From the NCBI RefSeq assembly GCF_000014265.1, contig NC_008312.1, positions 7,350,001-7,382,000 on the forward strand: 32,000 nucleotides of DNA, written 5' to 3'. This DNA is from Trichodesmium erythraeum IMS101. Lineage in GTDB: Bacteria > Cyanobacteriota > Cyanobacteriia > Cyanobacteriales > Microcoleaceae. The notes below the pieces were generated by a model. The model was given only the letters and a program-made list of their open reading frames with translations, ran no database searches and was not told the origin of the DNA. Positions 1 to 9,141 of this stretch are shown one piece after another; the stretch's first letter is position 1; every line of letters starts with the position of its first letter. The translations under genes and the position numbers were made by a program.

Positions 1-3
1 ATA

Positions 4-819
4 ATGTCGGATAAAAAAATCATCACACTCTTAACTGATTTTGGATTAAAAGATGTCTATGTAGGTGTAATGAAGGGTATAATTGCTCAAATTAACCCTC
101 ATTTAAAAGTCATCGACCTGACTCATCAAATTCCTCCTCAAAATTTATTTGCTGCTAGATTTTGTTTGCTAAATGCTTATCCTTATTTTCCTTCAGAAAC
201 AGTTCATCTTGCTGTTGTGGATCCGGGAGTTGGGAGTAGAAGAAAAGCGATCGCTATTCAACTACCCAATGGTTTTTTAGTTGGACCTGACAATGGTATT
301 TTTAGTGGAATTTTGGAAAATTTTGAAATACAAAATATCCAGGTAGTTACCCTTACTAATTCTGAGTATTGGCACACAGATAAACCTAGTGTAACTTTTC
401 ACGGCCGAGATATATTTGCTCCTGTTGCTGCTCATATTAGTAGTGGGGTGAGGTTAGAAAATTTGGGAGAAAAAATTAATCCAGAAAGTTTAGTGAAATT
501 ACCTTTAAATAATATTAATTTCACGGATTCAGGTCTTGCAGGTTGGATTCAGCATATTGACCATTTTGGCAATATAATTACTAATATTTCTAGAAGTTAT
601 ATTATAGAAAAAAATTGGTTCCTTGTTGTTAATAATAATGCGGATTTTTCACCTGGTAAAATCATCTCTAGTGGTTATACTTATGCTGATTGTAAACTAG
701 GGGAGTTAATTGCAATTATTGGCTCTCATGGTTTTGTCGAAATTGCTGCTAATGGTGGTAGTGCTGGGGAGCAACTTAATTTAAAGTATGGGGATAAAGT
801 TGAAGTTCGTTGGTTTTAA
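4..819 (+). CDS. S-adenosyl-L-methionine hydroxide adenosyltransferase family protein (DUF62, chlorinase/fluorinase-like fold)
   Basis: 271-aa ORF with ATG start. N-terminal ITLLTDFGLKDVYVGVMKG, then IDLTHQIPPQN, HLAVVDPGVGS and VGPDNGIFS, which are hallmark motifs of the SAM_HAT/DUF62 family. Confidence 0.85.
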   Translation: MSDKKIITLLTDFGLKDVYVGVMKGIIAQINPHLKVIDLTHQIPPQNLFAARFCLLNAYPYFPSETVHLAVVDPGVGSRRKAIAIQLPNGFLVGPDNGIFSGILENFEIQNIQVVTLTNSEYWHTDKPSVTFHGRDIFAPVAAHISSGVRLENLGEKINPESLVKLPLNNINFTDSGLAGWIQHIDHFGNIITNISRSYIIEKNWFLVVNNNADFSPGKIISSGYTYADCKLGELIAIIGSHGFVEIAANGGSAGEQLNLKYGDKVEVRWF

Positions 820-824
820 GTTAG

Positions 825-2213
825 TCAGGACTTACGCAAAGACACTATATATAGCGCATGACAATTTCGACGGACTTCACTCTTTGTCACGTGCGTTAGC
901 GGAGCTTTGCGTTAGCAATCACCTAACTATTTTTATTCAAAAAACTAATAGTAATTCAAGTCAAATAACCTTCATTTTAATTGAAGAATATTTCAATTTA
1001 TCGGTTAGATATTTTGATAATAATCCATGCTTAACTTGATAAATACTTTTGCCTATTTTCGAGGCAAATCTTTTTAACAAGTTCCACACGCTCCATTGCA
1101 CAAGCAATATGATTTTCTGAATTATTCGCAGACGACACGCTCCACGGGTCCTAAACCTGTTAATTGCTTAATTTCTTGATTGATATCTTCGATTTTCCAT
1201 CAAGTTTGAGATTCAAACTCTACATCTAAAGAGTGATGATTGAGTCAGGTAATTAGTAACAATATATTATGTCCTGTTGGCAGATACACATAATCCAAAA
1301 TATTTTTACCTTTTTGTATCGTGGAAACCCTTTAATTTTAATTATTTTTCCTGATTTTTTTTCTGCTTCATTCCAATTTAAATCTTGAGCTTTTTTGTAT
1401 TTTTCTACACCTCGTGTATCATCAACGCGCGCGATTATTTTTTAAAGGACAGTAGTAAATTTTTCTATCATTATCTATTAATCCCATTAATCTTTGTGTT
1501 ACATACCAGCTATCCATATAATACTGTTTTAAATAGTATTTTCTTATTATTTATGGCCATGCATGTATCATTTCTTCAACACTCTTCTATTTTTGTTTTC
1601 TTGTCAGTATCTGGGTCATAAATCCTATAATCTATAATCCATAATTGTTCATTCCTCGATTAAAATATACACAATTAACTATTCCAAGACCCACGAACTT
1701 CGCAGCTGATAGAACGCAAACAACTTGATATTCATTACCACTATATTGTCGTCGTGTAAGCTCAATATTATATCCATACTTTTTATTAATTACTGTATTA
1801 TCAAAAATTAAATAAGCTTCTGTATCTGAAACAAATTCTTCTTTTTCATGTGCGAAGCAAACATTTTGCCATAAATCTTCTGAATTCAAAGACTAATATC
1901 TTAAATAGCGATTTATTGTATCATGACTAATATTTTCGCTCTGGATTTGCGGCGTAGCGTTATAGTAAAATTTGTGTGAGATTTAAGTAAATATTGACAG
2001 TAGTCAACAAAATTAAAATTCATATTTTTGAACTAATATAATCATGTCATTATCATCTAATAGTTAAAGATTTTTAGCAAGTTAATTTAACCTAATTGTA
2101 ACCTTATTTTCATAGATATTAAAAGTAATATATATCTGAAAAAAAACTAATTATAGTATGGAGAATTTCATGTCAACAGTACCCTATATATATCGTACCT
2201 GCGTAAGTCCTGA
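825..2213 (-). mobile_element. Degraded insertion sequence bounded by imperfect terminal inverted repeats and carrying a decayed DDE transposase
   Basis: TCAGGACTTACGCA at 825-838 is the exact reverse complement of 2200-2213. Similarity continues inward for about 30 bp (atatatatag tract on both sides). The interior holds transposase remnants on the minus strand. The element starts 6 bp after the stop of the upstream gene. Confidence 0.7.
960..1889 (-). pseudogene. DDE transposase pseudogene (IS4/IS701-like superfamily), broken by stops and frameshifts
   Basis: The 1632-1889 ORF reads YLIFDNTVINKKYGYNIELTRRQYSGNEYQVV..GLGIVNCVYFN (the DDE N-region). Further downstream on the minus strand, KIKGFPRYKKVKIFW..., WKIEDINQEIKQLTGLG and IYQVKHGLLSKYL fragments lie in different frames separated by stop codons. 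Confidence 0.65.
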
Positions 2214-2217
2214 TTTC

Positions 2218-2260
2218 AAGAGAATGATGATGTAGTTTTGACAGGTTCAAATACTATGGT
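2218..2260. repeat. 43-bp direct repeat, copy 1 (abuts the IS right end)
   Basis: aagagaatgatgatgtagttttgacaggttcaaatactatggt is identical to 2530-2572. Weaker similarity continues about 20 bp further. Confidence 0.85.
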
Positions 2261-2438
2261 GCTTGAGATTCTTAGGAGGGTTTACCGGAAGTGAGTGAAT
2301 CCTTTGTTAATATAGCCATGATTTCACTGATGTTAAATCGTCTTGTTACTTAAGGTTTTATTTACAGAGATGCTATTAGAAAATTTATTAAGCTTAGAAA
2401 TATAGACGTTGCATATAACCTTTTTACAGGATGGGTAA

Positions 2439-2732
2439 AATATTTCTAATGTTAATATATACCCCCTATCTTTACCGGAATTATTAACTGGTAGTAGAGA
2501 AATAATTCAGGCTACATCTTTTATATTTAAAGAGAATGATGATGTAGTTTTGACAGGTTCAAATACTATGGTAGCTGAGATTGTTGGCAGCACAAATATT
2601 TCGGGAAATATAGATGTATCAACTACCGCTACCTCCCTCCAAGATGAGGGACGTATTGCTACGGTAGCTCAAGTAAATATATTATGCGATCGTGTCTATT
2701 TTATAGGCACACACATCAACACCGAATGTTAA
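2439..2732 (+). pseudogene. Orphan open frame, possibly the 3' remnant of a larger gene disrupted by the IS and duplication
   Basis: Frame is open from 2439 to the stop at 2732 (..LPELLTGSREIIQATSFIFKENDDVVLTGSNTMVAEIVGSTNISGNIDVSTTATSLQDEGR..). No convincing start codon or RBS, and part of it is duplicated at 2218-2260. I do not recognise a family. Confidence 0.2.
2530..2572. repeat. 43-bp direct repeat, copy 2 (inside an orphan open frame)
   Basis: Exact match to 2218-2260. Confidence 0.85.
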
Positions 2733-2882
2733 TTTTTCTGATTTTGTACAGACGCTATTATGCAACCTCCCTACTCCTACTCCCCTACCTTATCCCTTTG
2801 GTGGGAGGGGAGCAATAGTAGATCCCCTGATCAAAGTGCCAAATAGAAAAGTTTTTTAAAAATGATATTGGTTGCCACAGGC

Positions 2883-5186
2883 TCAAAAATGAATTCTAAT
2901 GGGCAGCATCCCTGTATCTAACAATAATACTCGCCCAATAATTCTAGTTTCAAAATACTCCTGTTGTAGCGCATTCAAACAAGCACTCGCTAAATTAGCT
3001 GGCACTGTAGCAAGCAACCCACCAGAAGTTTGCGGGTCAAACAACAGAGGATAAAGAGGATACATACTCGCTTGTTCACGATTTTGAATTGATGCAGACA
3101 TTTGCAAATTTCCCGGATAAAGAGAACTAAAAATACCTTGTTCCAAAGTTTCAGCTACACCTGGCAACACAGGAATAGCTTCCATATCCAATTCCACGCC
3201 CACTCTTTGCCCTTTTAACATTTCCAACAAATGTCCGACTAATCCAAATCCAGTCACATCCGTACAAGCAGTAACACCATACTCTAATAATAACTGTGCA
3301 GCATTCTGATTAGAACCCAACATTGACTTAATAGCACTTTCAATCCAACGCCCCCTTGCCTTCAGACGCATATCTGCAGCAAATAACGTCCCTGTTCCCA
3401 AAGCTTTCGTTAATATCAGCATATCCCCCGGTTGCATCCCTCCCTTGTACAATAGTTTTTTTTGTGACACTAAACCATTACAGGTGAGACCAAAAGCCAG
3501 CTCTTCTCCCTCTGTTGTATGACCACCTATCAGAACAGCACCAGATTGATTCAAAACTTCCGTTGCTCCCAATAACAATTGATATAAAGTATCCTCCTGT
3601 TTACTTGGGGCAGCGTAGGGAATAGTAGCGATCGCTAACCCACTCTGAGCCATTGCCCCCATAGCAAATAAATCACTCAAACAATGATTAGCCGTAATTT
3701 TTCCCAACAAATAGGGGTCATCAAGCAACCCTCGAAAATAATCGATCGTCTGTACCATTACCCTATCCGCTGGTACCCTAATCACTGCAGCATCATCAGG
3801 TGTATCCATACCAATCAAAATATCATCCCTCCTGATTTCCTGTGGAATTTTATGCAGCACATTTTCCAAAACCCTACTAGTAACTTTTGCTCCACAACCA
3901 GCACAGTACATTTGGGAATCTTGTTTTCTGTCTTCTGCCTTCTGCGTTCTGTCTTCCATTTTTAGATTAGAGAATTGAGCCATAAATTTACGGTCAATGC
4001 GGTTTTTCCAACGCCAAAGTAACTTATGAGGACCAAAACCTATTCTGCCACGGGAAGCGATCGCCCGTTCATCACCAGTACCAATTAAAATCAAGAACTT
4101 TTTCTGAGGTATAAATGACTTCAGCAATTTTTTCTTAAGAGCCCGTTGTAGATTTTCAAACAAAGGTTGTCCCTGTCGCACCGCAAACACTCCAGCTTTG
4201 GGGCGAGAATGATTGATTATTGTTGCCACATCTCCGGCCGCAAAGACTTGAGGATGAGAAATTGACTGTAATTTCTCATTAACCAAAACAAAACCTCTGG
4301 TATCTGTTGCCAAACCTGCTTTTTGTAACCAAGGAGAGGCCGATGCTTGAGTCACCCAAAACAGAATATCACACTCTATTTCCAACCCTGAAGCACAACA
4401 AATCATTTTGAGAGTAGAGTATAAAGAATGGAATGTTTTATTTCCCTCTACATTCGTGGGAAGCTCCTGGTCATCACCCCTAACCTCCTCAACACTTTCC
4501 TTTAAATGCAATAGCACACCGCGACTTTTAAGAATTTTCTCAACTTCCTTTCCTACCCAATGATGACGCTGTGGTAATAATCTCTTCCCTCTATGAAATA
4601 GATGCAATTCCAAATTATCAGTAGGTTGTTTAGCATTGCGATAAATCTGATGGAGATGACTTTGAACCGCGAAAGCTAACTCTACCCCCCCAGCACCACC
4701 ACCCACTATTGCGATCCGCGTTTTCTGTGTTGGAGATTTGGAAATCATTGTAGTTATTTTATCCCAATAGGTGAGAAATTTTGATATTGGTTTAACCGCA
4801 ATAGCATATTCTATTGCCCCCGGTACAGTTAAACTAGCGGGAGTGCTACCAATATCAATAGAAAGTAAATCGAAATTTACAGGGGGACGACTAGTGCAAA
4901 GTATCTGATTTTTCTCCAGGTCTAGACCTATAGCGTGGCTTAAAAATATTCTAGCCCCAGCAAATTTGGCGAGGGGGAGTAGATCTATGTGACATTGATC
5001 GAAGTTGTATAAACCTGCCACATATCCTGGTAACATTCCAGAGTAAGGAGTGTGATATACATCTGTGATTAGGGTTAGTCTAACCCCTGGTATAGGGTTC
5101 ATGGCAAATTTTCGGAGAGCGATCGCATGGCTATGACCGCCTCCTATTAGGACTAAATCTGTTTTTGGTGGTATAGGGAATTTCAT
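2883..5186 (-). CDS. selD: Bifunctional pyridine nucleotide-disulfide oxidoreductase (N-terminal-to-SelD family) / selenide, water dikinase SelD
   Basis: 767-aa ORF with ATG start. The N-terminal half has two Rossmann dinucleotide motifs (LIGGGHSH, IVGGGAGGVELA). The C-terminal half has the SelD active-site loop YCAGCGAKV (Cys, not Sec) and an AIR-synthase-like fold (GGHT, DVTGFGL). The domains are joined by a short EDR-rich linker. Confidence 0.9.
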   Translation of the reverse strand: MKFPIPPKTDLVLIGGGHSHAIALRKFAMNPIPGVRLTLITDVYHTPYSGMLPGYVAGLYNFDQCHIDLLPLAKFAGARIFLSHAIGLDLEKNQILCTSRPPVNFDLLSIDIGSTPASLTVPGAIEYAIAVKPISKFLTYWDKITTMISKSPTQKTRIAIVGGGAGGVELAFAVQSHLHQIYRNAKQPTDNLELHLFHRGKRLLPQRHHWVGKEVEKILKSRGVLLHLKESVEEVRGDDQELPTNVEGNKTFHSLYSTLKMICCASGLEIECDILFWVTQASASPWLQKAGLATDTRGFVLVNEKLQSISHPQVFAAGDVATIINHSRPKAGVFAVRQGQPLFENLQRALKKKLLKSFIPQKKFLILIGTGDERAIASRGRIGFGPHKLLWRWKNRIDRKFMAQFSNLKMEDRTQKAEDRKQDSQMYCAGCGAKVTSRVLENVLHKIPQEIRRDDILIGMDTPDDAAVIRVPADRVMVQTIDYFRGLLDDPYLLGKITANHCLSDLFAMGAMAQSGLAIATIPYAAPSKQEDTLYQLLLGATEVLNQSGAVLIGGHTTEGEELAFGLTCNGLVSQKKLLYKGGMQPGDMLILTKALGTGTLFAADMRLKARGRWIESAIKSMLGSNQNAAQLLLEYGVTACTDVTGFGLVGHLLEMLKGQRVGVELDMEAIPVLPGVAETLEQGIFSSLYPGNLQMSASIQNREQASMYPLYPLLFDPQTSGGLLATVPANLASACLNALQQEYFETRIIGRVLLLDTGMLPIRIHF

Positions 5187-5869
5187 TATTATTTATAGTA
5201 TTAAAACATTTTGTTGATTTTCAGAATAGATGATTTGAGCAAATATATTTGAATTTTATCTATTTGAATAATCTGTGTTTATTCATAGCTCATTGCTCAA
5301 TCAAAATTGCAAAATTATATATATTTTTTATGATTATGGCCATACAAAAATTAAGTTCATGTTCTAATAATTAATTATAATAAATTAAGTGAATGAATTG
5401 TAGTGATTGCAATTATTTCTTCCCTGTTAATTTTATATCTGTAGGCTATTCAATACAAGCAAATATATATAATTAATTTGGCATAACTACTTAAAGTTTT
5501 TGTTGATAGTTTTCTCAGAGAAAATAGAGCTTTGTTAAGGTAATTGCCTAACTTCGTTCAAGCTCAATATAGTTTTTTATAATCATTGAGCTGTCAGCTA
5601 TCAGCTAGAAGAAAAAATTAGCCTCCAAGAAGAATTCAAAGTCTGGCAAAGAAAAGATTATCGGCTTAAATTAGTGATTTATTACTTTCAGACATTTTTT
5701 GTAAGCATTTCAACTTTATATTTTTGTGCAGCTAGACCCTTGCCATTGTGCTCAAGCTGACGGCTAAAGTACTAAAAACTTAAGTTTCCTAAGTATTTTA
5801 ATTAACTTAAAAAATAACTTTTAAGTGCTAAAATAAACTAATACTTGACTGAAAATAGAACTGAACTAA

Positions 5870-7288
5870 ATGTTAGATTGGATTTCTGCTAATTTTTCTA
5901 ATTTATTAAAAAATATAGATGCTATCATTTTTTATAGTATAGGAGGAGAGCAAGGCCTACCAATTATTGTACTGTGGCTCATTAGTGGTGCTCTCTTTTT
6001 TACTATCCGAATGCAGTTTATTAATCTTCGCGCCTTTAAACATGCTGTAGATGTTGTTTTGGGCAAATACGATGACAAGAATGAGGAAGGAGAAGTTTCC
6101 CACTTTGAAGCTCTCGCTACTGCCCTATCTGGTACCGTAGGGCTAGGAAATATTGCTGGAGTTGCTATTGCTATTAGTGTAGGAGGACCGGGTGCAGCTT
6201 TTTGGATGACCCTCGCAGGTTTTTTAGGGATGAGTACTAAATTTATTGAGTGTAGCCTAGCTCAAAAATATCGCATTTTTCACCCCAATGGTACAGTTAC
6301 TGGAGGACCAATGTATTACCTGTCAATAGGCTTGGCCGATATAGGGCAAAAAAAATTAGGTCAAATTCTAGCAGTAATGTTCGCATTTTTAAACATTTTG
6401 GCGACATTGGGTAGTTCTAGTATATTTCAGTCTAATCAATCTCAAGTTGTTGTTGCCAATATACTACCATTTGTTGCCGAAAAAACTTGGATCTATGGAT
6501 TGCTTTTAGTATTAATAGTAGGATTAGTAATTATTGGAGGTATCCAACGTATCGCTGCAGTAGCTGCTGCTATAGTACCTGCAATGTGTGGCATCTATTT
6601 TTTGGCAGGTTTATGGGTGATTTTATCTAACTTTACGGCTATTCCTAATGCCTTAGCTAGTATTCTTCACAGTGCTTTTATTCCCCAAGCTATGGTAGGT
6701 GGTTTTGCTGGAGCCTTAGTACAAGGGTTCCGTCGCGCAGCTTTTTCTAATGAAGCAGGGTTGGGAGTGGCAGCGATCGCTCATGCTACAGCCAAAACTG
6801 ATGAACCTATTCGGGAAGGTATTGTCGCATTACTAGAACCATTTATTGATACTATCATCATCTGCAACATCACTGCTTTAGTAGTAATTATTACTGGAGC
6901 TTACAATAATCCAGAATTTGCCAATTTTGGTGGTTCTGAACTAACTTTAGCCGCTTTTGCTTCTGTGATTACCTGGTTTCCTTCTCTTTTGACACTATGT
7001 ATATTTTTATTTGCCTTATCTACTATAATTTCTAGTAGTTATTATGGTCAAGTTTCCTGGCAATATTTATTTGGAGACCGGAGTGTAATTATATATAAAA
7101 TTTTATTCTTAATAAGTATTTTTCTTGGTACAGTTATTCAACCAGAAACAGTAATTAAATTCGCTGACTCTCTAAAAATAGCTCTCGCTTTTCCTAGTTT
7201 ACTTGGGGCTTACTTCCTCTCTAATAAAATCGCCAATGACCTCAAAAATTATATGAAACGTTTACAAACAGGAGAAATAAGTTCATAA
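5870..7288 (+). CDS. Alanine/glycine:cation symporter (AGCS) family transporter, paralog 1
   Basis: 472 aa, ATG start, polytopic. Family motifs GEVSHFEALATALSGTVGLGNIAGVA, FSNEAGLG and DEPIREG. Confidence 0.9.
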   Translation: MLDWISANFSNLLKNIDAIIFYSIGGEQGLPIIVLWLISGALFFTIRMQFINLRAFKHAVDVVLGKYDDKNEEGEVSHFEALATALSGTVGLGNIAGVAIAISVGGPGAAFWMTLAGFLGMSTKFIECSLAQKYRIFHPNGTVTGGPMYYLSIGLADIGQKKLGQILAVMFAFLNILATLGSSSIFQSNQSQVVVANILPFVAEKTWIYGLLLVLIVGLVIIGGIQRIAAVAAAIVPAMCGIYFLAGLWVILSNFTAIPNALASILHSAFIPQAMVGGFAGALVQGFRRAAFSNEAGLGVAAIAHATAKTDEPIREGIVALLEPFIDTIIICNITALVVIITGAYNNPEFANFGGSELTLAAFASVITWFPSLLTLCIFLFALSTIISSSYYGQVSWQYLFGDRSVIIYKILFLISIFLGTVIQPETVIKFADSLKIALAFPSLLGAYFLSNKIANDLKNYMKRLQTGEISS

Positions 7289-7522
7289 AATTAATACTTT
7301 TATTTTTTATTTTTCAGGATGAGTAAATCCTCAAAACAACAAAGGTTTAATACCATTTATTTTTTTTTAATGATAAATATTTTGAGAACATTTTTTTCTA
7401 AAAACGTTTTTAAAATTTTTCCTAATCCTGAAAGTGATTCAATGAAATTGCTAAACAGACAAAATTATACTTTTATGGTATATGTATTTAATTAAGAAAA
7501 TAATTTATTGGTAAAGTTGAAA

Positions 7523-9022
7523 ATGAAAAGACAAACTTGGCTATATATACTCCTATTGATATTAACACCAACTGTTGTTTTAGCAACACAACCAGAACAA
7601 GGAGATAGTCTCATAAACATCATCGATCAAGCTTTTTCGAGTTTTGTAGATGTAATATTTAACATCCTCTTCTTTAGTATCGGTGGTTTTCCTTTAATTA
7701 TTTTATGGCTAATTATTGGCGCATTTTTTTTTACTATTAGGATGCAATTTATTAATATTCGTGCTTTTACACACGCCATTGAGATCCTTAGAGGTAAATA
7801 TGATGATCCCGAAGCTCAAGGAGAAGTTTCACATTTTCAAGCTTTAGCAACAGCATTATCAGGAACAGTAGGATTAGGAAATATCGCTGGTGTAGCTGTA
7901 GCAGTGAGTATGGGGGGAGCTGGTGCTGTCTTCTGGATGACGATCGCTGGTTTTTTTGGGATGACTAGTAAATTTATAGAATGTACCCTGGCTCAAAAAT
8001 ATCGCATTGTTAAACCTGATGGCACTATTTCTGGTGGGCCGATGCGCTACCTATCCGCAGGTTTAGCAGAAATGGGGCAGGGAACCTTAGGCAAAGTTCT
8101 CGCTGTATTATTTTCTATCTTCTGTATTTCTGCTGCTTTTGGTGGTGCTAATATGTTTCAGGCAAACCAGTCTTATGGCGCCGTTTCAAATGTATTACCA
8201 GGTTTACCTAGTTGGGTTTATGGCTTAGTGCTAGTAGTTTTGGTCGGATTAGTTATTATTGGTGGTATTCAGCGTATTGGTATGGTGGCAGGTACTCTTG
8301 TACCTTTAATGTGTCTGCTCTATGTTTTGGCTTGCCTATTTATTCTTCTGGCTAATTTTACCCAAATTCCAGGAGCGATCGCTACTATTATTTCTGGTGC
8401 TTTTGCCCCCCAAGCAGTAGAGGGTGGGATTACTGGTGTAATTATTCAGGGATTTCAACGTTCGGCTTTTTCTAATGAAGCTGGTGTCGGTTCCGCAGCG
8501 ATCGCTCACTCTGCTGCTAGAACTGATGAACCTATTCGTGAAGGCTTAGTCGCCCTGTTAGAACCATTTATTGATACTATTGTGGTTTGCAATATGACCG
8601 CTTTGGTAATTGTTATTACTAAGGTATATAATGCTGAAGAATTCTCTGCTTTGCGGGAAGCAAATAAAGGGGCAGAATTAACTTCTGCAGCTTTTGGTAC
8701 TGTTTTGGCATGGTTTCCAGTTCTATTAGCGATCGCTGTTTTCTGTTTTGCGTTTTCTACCATGATTTCTTGGAGTTACTACGGCGAACGTTGTTGGGAT
8801 TATTTATCTGATGGTAAGGGATTAATTATTTACAAAATATTGTTTTTGATTGCTACTTTTGTCGGTTCAGTATCTAACCCATCCTCTGTAATTAATTTTA
8901 GTGATGCTACTCTACTTTCAATGGCTTTTCCTAATATTTTGGGTGGGTATTTTTTGTGTAGTCCAGTAGCAAAGGATTTGCAAAATTATATGGAGCGTCT
9001 TAGAACAGGAGCCTTGACTTAA
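7523..9022 (+). CDS. Alanine/glycine:cation symporter (AGCS) family transporter, paralog 2, with an N-terminal signal-like extension
   Basis: Same motifs as paralog 1 (GEVSHFQALATALSGTVGLGNIAGVA, FSNEAGVG, DEPIREG). The ORF track begins at TTG 7508; the in-frame ATG at 7523 (MKRQTWLYILLLILTP..) is the more likely start. Confidence 0.9.
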   Translation: MKRQTWLYILLLILTPTVVLATQPEQGDSLINIIDQAFSSFVDVIFNILFFSIGGFPLIILWLIIGAFFFTIRMQFINIRAFTHAIEILRGKYDDPEAQGEVSHFQALATALSGTVGLGNIAGVAVAVSMGGAGAVFWMTIAGFFGMTSKFIECTLAQKYRIVKPDGTISGGPMRYLSAGLAEMGQGTLGKVLAVLFSIFCISAAFGGANMFQANQSYGAVSNVLPGLPSWVYGLVLVVLVGLVIIGGIQRIGMVAGTLVPLMCLLYVLACLFILLANFTQIPGAIATIISGAFAPQAVEGGITGVIIQGFQRSAFSNEAGVGSAAIAHSAARTDEPIREGLVALLEPFIDTIVVCNMTALVIVITKVYNAEEFSALREANKGAELTSAAFGTVLAWFPVLLAIAVFCFAFSTMISWSYYGERCWDYLSDGKGLIIYKILFLIATFVGSVSNPSSVINFSDATLLSMAFPNILGGYFLCSPVAKDLQNYMERLRTGALT

Positions 9023-9115
9023 TCAAACAATAACAGTTTAATATCAAATCCCTTGGCTTCGGAGTAATATAATTCTTTTGATTGTGATACAATAAGTAAG
9101 GGTGTTTTCCTTTTT

Positions 9116-9141
9116 GATGCGACCCAAAGATGCGACCCAAA
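9116..9141. repeat. Perfect 13-bp tandem duplication (gatgcgacccaaa x2)
   Basis: Read directly: 9116-9128 equals 9129-9141. Confidence 0.9.

Noticed and set aside
788-1039. 83-aa ORF overlapping the end of the DUF62 gene and the IS terminus
   Set aside because: It spans the IS inverted repeat and the antisense strand of transposase remnants, and has no recognisable family. It is most likely a chance ORF.
1385-1621. 78-aa ORF (MSFFVFFYTSCI..)
   Set aside because: It is a low-complexity, AT-driven reading frame antisense to the decayed transposase. The start is non-canonical and there is no similarity.
3684-3965. 93-aa ORF antisense within selD
   Set aside because: It is fully embedded antisense in a well-supported 767-aa gene. 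The other embedded antisense ORFs are rejected for the same reason: 8506-8763, 14459-14680, 21858-22061, 22822-23013, 25088-25312, 26608-26808 and 30224-30424.
5187-5869. Glycine riboswitch upstream of the AGCS transporter
   Set aside because: The conserved tandem aptamer cores were not found by eye. The region is plain AT-rich DNA with short cagctatcagct-type repeats.
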